Below are positions 53,728-64,000 of a DNA stretch of 64,000 bases, piece by piece. The stretch lies in assembly GCA_951406725.2 (NCBI GenBank), contig OX597818.1, forward strand, positions 11,594,001 to 11,658,000, written 5' to 3'. Position 1 is the first letter of the stretch, and each line of letters starts with the position of its first letter. A program made the position numbers and the translations under genes. Under the pieces are notes generated by a model that made no database searches, had not been told where the DNA came from, and saw only the letters and a program-made list of their open reading frames with translations. The stretch comes from Octopus vulgaris. Its lineage: Eukaryota.

Positions 53728-53885
53728 TATATATATATATATATATCCTTTTTCTTTAACTTGCTTCAGTAAATTGACTGCGGCCATGCTAGAGCACCAC
53801 CTTAAAGAGTTATAGTCGAAAAAATCGACCCCAGGACTTAGTCGCTCACTGGATCAAGTACTTTTTGTCGATTCTACACACACAT

Positions 53886-53937
<52 letters not shown>

Positions 53938-55827
53938 ACATATGTAGAATCAACATAAAAAGTACTCGATCCAGAAAGAGTTACTAATATCAATAGCTTC
54001 ACGCTTTTATGATGCTTTAATTAGGCATGTTTATAGAATATGCTATGTATCTTTAAGCAATCTTTCAGGCTCATTTTATGCGTTATACATATTTTAAAAA
54101 CAAGGACGCTGGACAATGAAAGAATAAAAAAAGACATGTAAAAAAACGTGAAGAAGGTTAATGCACAAAATGGAACGAGAAGAAAGGAACGAAATCAGGA
54201 AAACTAAATTTCCCGTCCACTTTGCAGAAACTTTAATGTATACAGGTGGCACCGAGCAAAATAACAGAAAATATGTCAAAGTCTGCGAGGCAATAACTCA
54301 ATCAGGCGCGGGTGGTGTTCCCCAATTCGAAAAAAGAAACTGTTCCATGTGTTTACAACTGCTAAAAATTTCAGATCTGAAATTAAGCAGTGTTATGGAA
54401 TTGTTGGATCTAAGAAGATGAGATCTTTCTGCTACGCATAAGTTGCGTTTCTTAGATCCATTAATACATACATACATACATACATACATACATACATACA
54501 TACATACATACATACATACATACATACATACATACACACACACATACACACACATACATACATATATATATACATACATACATGCACATACATACACACA
54601 CACACATATATATATGCATACAAATGAATATGTATATAACATATGTACATATGTGTATATATAAATACACAAACTCACAAGCACATATAAACACGTACAC
54701 ATCTGTGTGTGTACTTGTTTATGACTACTTATCATGAAGTCTTTTGTAAGTACAAATACTTGCAAACGCACTGTCTATGCATATATGTGTATATGTGTAC
54801 ATGTATGTATGTATGTATGTATGTATGTATGTATGTATGTATGTTTGTATGTATGTATGTATTATGTATATATGTTAAAGCACTTCAATAGAATCATTGA
54901 AATACAAGTTGTATGTAAATTTATAAAAATGAATGTGAATGTGGTCGTTTCCATTGAACCACATGCGTCCACATACGTATAAAGGCATACATCTACATAT
55001 ATGTATGTATGTATACATCCTTATAAGTATTCATGTACACATATGCAAACATAACTGTATATAAATAAATAAATATATATGTATACACACACATCTATCT
55101 GTCTCTCTCTCTATCTCTAAGTGTGTGTGTGTGTGTGTGTGTGTGAATATTGTTCATGAGAACTCTCTAAAGACATCGAAGCTCATCCAGTCGAATTACA
55201 ATTCACTAAATTTAGTGAAGGAATAATTGTTAATAATTTTAAGTCGCTGGGATCATAACCTAGTTCTACATTTACGAAATACAGCGTAAAAATCTCATAG
55301 GTGATACCCAAAATAAAGAAATATCTGTACTGGTACCTCACAGTTTCTTCCGCGACGAATAATTGTCTTCGTGACCATTCACCTCATCCTGTATTATCGA
55401 AATGCAATAGTCATGGTCGTTAGTTACTATATATAGAGAGAGAGCAGTCGGTCACGTGGTTTTGGATATAAAAGAAAACCGAAGCGTAATGAACTCATGC
55501 AAGCTGATTTATATTCAAATGGTTTAATGTCGTCTTTTGTGTAGTGAATGTCACGTGGGTCTTCAACTTAGGGTTATATTCTTAAGGACATTATCTGTGT
55601 ATTGGGAGACAGAAGAACTCAACGCTGGACATGGTATCTTGCAACACTTAGCGAAGAAGAAACGTTTTAATTAAAAGTTACTTAAGGCTACAGTTATATA
55701 TATATATATAGAGAGAGAGAGAGAAGAGAGGGGAGAGAGAGAGAGGAGGGGAGGGGAGAGTGAGAGAAAGAGATAGACAGGCAGATAGATAGATAGATAT
55801 GCAATTTATATGTAGCAGTGGAATGAC

Positions 55828-55883
<56 letters not shown>

Positions 55884-56817
55884 GGCATAACTATATATAT
55901 GCACTTCATATGCAGCCGGCAGGAATGTAAATATTTACTCTTATGCAGGTTTTTTTGTCTTCTTTGACAAAGGAAAATTGGTTAGAAACATTGCTGTTTT
56001 TCATTTCTTGTCGACCTACTAAATTGATTTTTTAACATTTGTGCTTCATTACTGTTGTCTGTTTCCATTCAAGATTTGCTCTACTTCTCATATATTTATA
56101 TGATAGGCTCTCCCGTTTGTTTCAACGTACGAGGACCCGAAAACCTAGACTTTTCTTCGTCAGTCATAATGCTGACGACGAATGTGATATTTGAGCCAAC
56201 GATTTGCAAAGAAGCCAGCAGATGTTGCAAGTATGAGGGTCACAGGTCAGTGTAGGCGGTATATTTGCAGCTGGTTTTCTTTTTTACCTTGCACCCTTTC
56301 ACTTGCTAACGCTGGTTGAAACAAAATCTCTTACACCATTTTGACATGACGATCTCTATTTCGTTCGCTCTAAGGTTGTCTGCTCAAAGGTGTTGTGGGT
56401 TATATTGAATGCTGATATATACATATATACTCATATATGTGTGTGTGTGTGTGTCTAGATTGTTAGGTGTAATGTACAGAAATTGAATATTGACAAAAAA
56501 GTTGTCAGAATTGTTTGAAAATCGAATGTTTAAAAGAAAAGAGATGGTACATTTTGTATTCGAAATATAACTAAAAGAGGAGAAAACGAAAGCAGCAAAA
56601 AAAAAAAAAAAAAGAAAGGAGAAGAGAGAAAGAAAGGAAAAAGACTTCAGTGATGACACTGCACCTGTTTTTTTTTAAGAGGTCATCATTCTAAAATCCA
56701 TTCCAATATAATGGTAAATAACTAAATAAATAAATGAATAAATGAATGATGAATAGGAGGGGGATCGCCCTTTTCTCTCTCCCTCTACCTATCTGTCTGT
56801 CTGTCTATCTATCTATG

Positions 56818-56913
<96 letters not shown>

Positions 56914-57190
56914 AGTCTGTCGATCTACCTATCTATCAGCCTATCTACCTATATTTCTATCTATCCATCTCCATTGTCATGGACCCTCACAAAAAAAAAA
57001 CAAAAAAAAAAAAACAAAAAAAAAAACAACCACCCCCAAACATCTGTTTTTTATAACTGAACAAACTGTACATTCACAAAATTTTCTTTGATGAGTTCGA
57101 GAAACGAACGAAAGCGCTAATAATGAAGAAATAAAAAGATTTTTTTTCTAAAATTCTGACGACTTTTTTTTCTCAATATATCTATACGTG

Positions 57191-57249
<59 letters not shown>

Positions 57250-57257
57250 CCTTTCAG

Positions 57258-57314
<57 letters not shown>

Positions 57315-57922
57315 CTGAAAGGCTCCGATTTCCAGTACTCAGGTTACTCGTGTCCGATAATCAACAGGTGAGCTAAGCCTGGTTTTCTTTTGAATATCTC
57401 TTGTCTGTATACTCTTATTTATTTATTCATTTGAAATATGAAATAGATGTTTAAAGGAAACGTGTGCTCTTATGTGCTTTCATTTAACAACCTTTGAGAA
57501 GGACACGTGCGAAAACGGCTTCTTCAAGCTCACGCCTTTGATTTCTTTTCTGGTTCTCATGGTAGTATAAACGTCATAAACTTCACACAATCGAAGTAAT
57601 GAAGTTACGATATTAGATTGCAGGGGATGACACTTACCTAAGATGGTGCGGTGGAACCGAGTTTTGAATCACAGGTTGCAAACTGCTGTTTCAACCACAT
57701 ACTGAAGTCTGTCCCCTTGATGAAATGTACTGCATTTCATCATTCCCTAAAGGACAATCCACAAAATCAATCTCTTGGGTAACAGTGCAAGACCTAAAGA
57801 GATGTAATTAAATAATATTTGCCTGATAATCTACCTAGTCTAACGAATTCCAGTAAAAGGACAACGCCAGAAATTTTACTGGGGTTGGGGATGACGAAAG
57901 TAGTCGGTGATATCAAATCCAG

Positions 57923-58246
57923 TGAAGGTGCGTGGCACAGTGGTTAGAGCAATCGGCTCATGCTCATAAGGTCGTGAGTTCGATTCACGGTGGCGCGTTG
58001 TGTCCTTGAGCAAGATACTTTATTTCACTTTGATCCAGTCCATTCAGCTGGTAAAAATTAGTAGTACCTGTATTTCAATGGGTCGACCATGTCACATTCT
58101 CTGTAACTCTGAATCTCCCTGAAAACTACATGAAGGGTACACGTGTCTGTGAATCGCTCAGCCACTTGCACGTTAATTTCAAGAGCAGGCTGTTCCATTA
58201 ATCGGATCAACTGGAATCCTCGTCGTCATAGCCAACGGTGTGCCAT
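57923..58246 (+). mobile_element. SINE family B, full length
   Basis: tRNA-like head, tgtccttgagcaagatactttatttcac CORE-like block, and a tail shared with 34809-35163. Confidence 0.88.
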
Positions 58247-58644
58247 TTTACGTCAATTCCAGTATTTCATTAATATTCACTGATTTCCTGAAAGAGGAAG
58301 GGTTTAAGTCCACCGCGGCTCCGAATTCAGAGTGTAAAGAGACTATATATTTTTTTTGTTCGACATTCTGCAATTCTGTCATCTTTTACTTCAGCAATAA
58401 TCATCTCTGACATAAGCAGAAAACCAGATATTGTGGGAGTAGGGAACGGTTGATTATATCGACCGCAATACTTGAGTGATACTGTACATTTTTCACCTTA
58501 GAATAATGGAAGGCAAAATTAACAACCACGGGAAATGAATTTAGAATGTAAAGAGCCGGAACTAATACCAAAATGCATTTTGTCCGATGCACTGCTAATT
58601 CTGCCAATCGACCACTGCTTCTTTTTTACCTTTTTGATGATGAC

Positions 58645-58682
<38 letters not shown>

Positions 58683-58689
58683 TGATGAG

Positions 58690-59217
58690 GATTTATCTCG
58701 TAGCTTCTGATCTTAACTGATTGAAAGTGTTATCATGTACATTGTTTTGTCTCGGTATAAAAGATGGGCTACAGTAAATATTCTGCTCAATACCACAGAT
58801 TTACTTGTCAGTTGTTTGACCTTAACCAGTTGACCATGTCCCTTAATGGCTGACGATATGTGCATCTCTAATCACGAGCAGTAGTGGGGAAGCATCATAG
58901 CCTTGTGTTGAGAGGGATTCTTTGGGGTTCGAATAATTCACCCCTGGAAACATGGGTGTTTCGTTCAACATCCTTAAACAACCCTTATTCAGTGACCTTT
59001 TGAGCGGGATGGGTTACTCGACCAGAAGAAAATTCTAACTAGGCCCCACCTGCAAGGTCATGCGCTGTTTATCTTGATGTGAGTTCACCATTATGCGCAC
59101 ATTTGGTTGTGATGCATGTGCTTGGTGTACCCTTATCAGACGGGTAGTCATGATGGGTATACTGGGCTTCGTATATTTTACCCCAGTGTCACTTTGATGG
59201 TATGCACTGCTCTCTCA
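58690..59217. mobile_element. Non-coding insert of about 530 bp bounded on both sides by (AAT)n; probable non-LTR retroelement UTR fragment
   Basis: Higher-GC unique sequence between (AAT)n at 58645-58680 and 59217-59289; no convincing ORF. Family assignment is inference. Confidence 0.45.
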
Positions 59218-59225
59218 ATAATAAT

Positions 59226-59288
<63 letters not shown>

Positions 59289-60384
59289 CTTTTCTTCTAT
59301 AGACACACGACCTGAAACTTTGAAGGAAGGGGACAGTCGATTATATCGACCCTAGTGCTCAACTAGTGCTTTATTTTATTGACTCCGAAAAGATGAAAGG
59401 TAAAGTTTACATCAGTGGCGTTTGAACTCAGAGCATAAGAGTTGCGCCTGGTGTGCCAGAAATTTTGCAGAGACGGTTTTATTTAATTACATCGACCCCA
59501 GTACTTGACTGTTACTTTACTTTGTCCATCCTGAAAGAATGAAAGATAAAACTCGCCACGACAGGATTTGATCTCAGAACGTAAATAGTCAGAACAAATT
59601 CTGCTCTAACGATTCTGCCATTCCGCTGCCCTTACGTTAGTAATAACAATTGGCGAACGAAATTTTATAACTTCTTTAACAAACACATTGTGCTTGACAA
59701 AGTAGTATGATGAAATTTTCGTGAGAAAATACAAGAGTTCACTCCCACTGCCTTTTTTTCGGTGGTTCACATGACATCATCTTATCGTCAGTAATCAGTT
59801 TCGAGAGAGAAAAAAGAATGATCGACCCCAATTCTTTACTGGTACCTTATTTATCAGCCCCGAAAGAATGAAAGACAAAGTTGACCTCAGCAGGATTTTA
59901 ACGTAGAACACAAAGAATCAGAAATGTTAGGCATTCTCTCTGATTCTCTAACAAATCTGCCATTTCCATGCATTCGCAAATTAATAGTTAAACGGAAAGT
60001 GATCGCGTACCATTTGCCTCTCAATAATACTAATAATGGAGATTACAATTATGGGGGTTTTATGTAGCATACTTTAAAATTAACTCATCACAGATCGAAT
60101 ATGACTAAATCATTCCCGCCATGACTATCTCGCCGTTTTAAAGTTACAAACATTACATTATTCAATGAGTTCTTGCCTTATTTTAAGAATACTGGGGACT
60201 GACTTTAGAAACATTTAGCTTTAGCACCCACGATGACGCGTAAATAACTCAGTAGAGTAAACATGTAACTTAATACGGTACGAAATAGGCCAAGAAGTAA
60301 TTCAAGATGTGGGTAAAGAAGTTGCATGCAATATCGAAGTGTTTATTAGTCAGTGAGACATGAAATTAAAAAAATGAAGAAAAA

Positions 60385-60665
60385 CCCTAACCTGGCAGCA
60401 TCTGTTGCAAACTTGGGTGTCGTCGCCCGTAACGAGGAGGAGAGAAAATCAATAAATACAGGGGTTTGACCGGCCGTTATCAGTTTATGCCGGTTGCTAT
60501 TGAGACGTCAGATGTTCTACGATCCCGTACTATCGATTTCCTCCGTAAAACGTAATTAACGGCGACCCGTCGGAGAAATTAGCCCTACGAGATGGAATGG
60601 CTGTTCTAGCGAGTGTCACTGGCCATTCTTCGTGGTAAAACCATCGCGGTCATTACGCGATGTTC
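60385..60665 (+). mobile_element. CRE-clade non-LTR retrotransposon 3' fragment (restriction-like endonuclease C-terminus), decayed
   Basis: With one frameshift and several stops: NLAASVANLGVVARNEEERK-INKYRGLTGRYQFMPVAIETSDVL...EMEWLF*RVSLAILRGKTIAVI. This matches the CRE pattern AExRKxxKY...FxPVAIETxG...WLxQRLSxAIxRGNA. Confidence 0.8.
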
Positions 60666-62838
60666 TGGGATAAGTGGCCCGTCGCCCCCTCTCCCTCCAT
60701 CTTCCGCTGCTTTACCCCACCCTACCTTTCTTCCATTTCTTTCTAATCTCTCTTCTCTCCTGTTTCTTGGTATTGGGTCATTATAAGCAGCAATCTGAGA
60801 AAGAAAAAGTATCATACGAGGCATGAATTCGAACCATGTTTCTATTTTGAAGAGATAAGATAGTACAATTAAGATATCCTCTCTATTACTGGGACACATC
60901 CTTGAAGTTTTGGAGAGGTGGCAGGGGTGTAGGCGATTGCATTGATCCCAGTGATCCGAACCCGAAAAGATGAAAGGCAAAATCGACCTCGGTGCATTTT
61001 GAACTCAGAACGTAAAGATGGGCAAAAATGCTGTTAACCATTTTGCCCACGTGCTAACAATTCTGCCACCTCGCCAGCAATTAAAATATCCTTTCTGTAA
61101 TAGACAAAAGTCCTGAAACATTAGGGGAATGGGTAGGTCGACTGCATTGACTCCAGTGCTTGACTGATACTTATTTTATCGACCCCGAAAGGATGAAAGT
61201 CAGTCGACCTCGGCGGATTTTGAACTCAAAAGGTATAGACGGATAAAATGCTTCTGAGCATTTTGTCCTTCATGCTAACGATTCTGCCAGCTCACCGCCT
61301 TGACTTTGGTAATTAAAATACCAAAGTCAATGCATCGTATGTATATTCTGTACATTGGGAGAGAAGTGGATTGACTGTATCATTAAAACATCAGGTGAAA
61401 TTCTTCATGGCATTTGTTTAAACCTCGTCAAAATCAGTTTTGTCATCAATCCTTTGAAGTCGATAAAATGAAGTGCCAATCAAATTCCGGTGTTGGTTTA
61501 ACTGACTTGTCCTTCCTCCTAGTCTATGGACTTTTACTTACATCGGAAAATGCATTTAATACATAGGTACATGGCTATATATTTGGAAGAAATGAAACAG
61601 TCAATTAAACTGAAGTAGTTGACAGGTGATTATTTTATCCCCGTCTGTGTAACGATTCTGTGAATTCTTTATACTTCAAAGGAAGAATGCTTGGAAAAAA
61701 ATGTCTATCAATAAAGCAGACGATGAAGCATGTTCATAAAAAATTAATCAAAAGCATAATAATCTTACCAGCTATACATATGATGTCCGACATACCATAC
61801 CATCTATACATACTATGCTCAACTGCTACTTATTTTATTGACTCTGAAAGGATGAAAGGCAAAGTTGACCTCGGCGGATTTTGAACTCCGAATGTTAAGA
61901 CGGGCGAAATGCCGCTAAGCATTTTGACCGGCACATTAACAATTTTCCCTGCTCGCCGCAATAATAACATCAAAAATTTAATATCCGAGGAAATGGAGGA
62001 AATGTGTAATGGTCTGCGAGGACAAAAGCATTAAAGAAATTTGTGAAAGGGCTCTGCTCCGAAACGTCAGATCTACTTCTCCTCATGACATCCCACCCTA
62101 TTTTACTTTACATATTTAAAATACATTTCTATTTTGTTTTTCCGTTCTTACTGTTGATGTTCCATTGTTGTTGGACCCCAGATCAGCCCTAACAGAAAAC
62201 AGTCATGATCAAAGCAGTTCCCGTAATGACTTTCCATTATTTCCCCACAAAATTACACTACTTAATATATACCTCTTTTCCAGTATGTTAGAATATTATT
62301 TTAGGATGTTTTTTTTTGTCTAAAAAGATCAAGTGACTGAGTACATGCTTCCTTGTTGGTACCGTCTTTATCATGTGGCTGGTTGATTTGATTTGCTACC
62401 GAACAAATCTGTTTAGAAATCATATTTATAAATTCTGATTCATAAATTATACTCTCTCTCACACGCACACACATCCACCCATCCATCCATACATACATAC
62501 ACATATACATACATATACACATACATACATACATACATACATACATACATACATACATACATACATACGAATATGTATATGTGTGTATATATCTTTTATT
62601 TTACTTGTTTTAGGCATTAAACTGCGGCAATGCTAGGGCAGAGCCCTGAAGAACATCTTTTTAAGTCAGATGAATTAACCCCAGGGCTGAAGTACTTATT
62701 CTATCGTTCTTTTGCCGAAACGCTAAGTTACGGAGGCAGGCGGGGCTTTGTGGTAAGAATCTTGCTTCCTAACACATGGTTCCATGTTCAGTTCACTGCA
62801 TGGCACCTCGGATAAGTGTCTTTCACGATAGTCCGTTG

Positions 62839-62968
<130 letters not shown>

Positions 62969-63181
62969 GATAAACGGCCATATATTAGATAGAAAAAATA
63001 TTTTCACAAAGTTTTTTCAGTGCACTCAAATAAAGATTTATGGTCAAAATGCCATACTTAACGTGAACCTACGTGACAATGCAGAAATATGAATGGAACG
63101 ACAAACAAGAAATTAGCCTGTTTAATAGCAAATAATACGTCTTGATAATGTTAGATTTACCTGATTACCCACACTCACATA

Positions 63182-63302
<121 letters not shown>

Positions 63303-63689
63303 AAATTGAAAATGGAGTAAGCAGGACATGAGGAGACACTGGGACAGAGAGTCACTGGGACAAACAATCACTAATGGAGTCACAGAATGTGTGACAAAAG
63401 AACTTTGAGAAACACATAAACTAAAAATAATACGAATGAAAACTGAGGTGAAGATCAAATATATAGTGCGTGCTTTATTGGCAAAAAAGCAAAAAAAAAA
63501 AAAAGAAAATGGCCATTCTCAGTATAACTATATATATATATATTAACAGCCCTCATCGTTTGTTTTTACTGTGTTATTCTTCTTGTCCTGTCTTTTACTG
63601 TTTTTATTTGTATTGTTTTTACTGTCCTATTCTTGTTACCATTTTTATCCCTCCGCAAAAAATTCCAAATTTTATTTAATTTGCTTTGC

Positions 63690-63930
63690 GGGAAGGACTG
63701 TTTCAATGAAGTCGCGTCTTGTCCTTACCTTTGAAATGCGGAGTAGAGGGAACATGGACAACTGAAGAAGGGGAATATTCCTTGTGTTGTATGTTCATTT
63801 CCATGTTTGTTTCTATGTTTTCATTTCTCATTGTGTTCAACGTTTTTTTGGCGCCCTGTACCCATATATGCATGTATATATACATATAGATGTAGGTATG
63901 TACATATATATATATGTATATATGCATATT
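63690..63930 (+). mobile_element. Diverged unpaired copy of the 46790-47283 arm sequence (putative Penelope pseudo-LTR)
   Basis: gtccttacctttgaaatgcggagtaga...ggacaac.gaagaagggga.t.ttc.tt...cgtttttttggcgccctgtacccatata matches 47034-47225. Confidence 0.75.
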
Positions 63931-64000
63931 TTTATATGCAAAATTATTTTAATATGGGGTAGGACCGCCTTTGGCAGTAATTACAGCTTGAATTCTACGA

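Larger units (their letters stand above)
58430..61960 (-). mobile_element. Cluster of at least seven co-oriented SINE family C copies and fragments
   Basis: gaaaggatgaaaggcaaagt.gacctcggc...tttgaactc recurs at about 58500, 59390, 59535, 59865, 60965, 61190 and 61850. Confidence 0.8.

Noticed and set aside
61300-61331. Short palindromes (ttgactttggta...taccaaagtcaa; also 54359-54390)
   Set aside because: Real but short; no evidence of function, and rho-independent terminators do not apply in a eukaryote.

Overview
This is eukaryotic, AT-rich, microsatellite-saturated genomic DNA, most likely from an octopus; that assignment rests on recognising the tRNA-derived SINE families from memory, not on a search. 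One convincing host gene is present: an uninterrupted 1123-aa ORF (41293-44664, minus strand). It has a C-terminal NHL-type beta-propeller, a short coiled coil, a long disordered middle and only remnants of a TRIM RING/B-box, plus PPxY and DSGxxS motifs. A probable terminal exon of a second gene lies at 952-1242 (+). The rest is mostly decayed mobile DNA: a Merlin (IS1595-like) transposon and a Merlin-type MITE, an hAT transposase and hAT MITE, a mariner deletion derivative, CR1-, RTE-, Tx1- (x2) and CRE-type LINE fragments, a Penelope-like element with an inverted pseudo-LTR, TSD and hammerhead-like motifs, and dozens of SINEs. Nearly all other ORFs in the supplied track are microsatellite or SINE artefacts. 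No CRISPR, rRNA or genuine tRNA was seen, and I cannot demonstrate a new biological system from sequence alone. The strongest leads are (1) the RING-less NHL protein, which may recruit other ubiquitin ligases through linear motifs, and (2) recurrent microsatellite-anchored fold-back hairpins, some Penelope/hammerhead-related, two of which flank that gene and could form dsRNA for ADAR editing.
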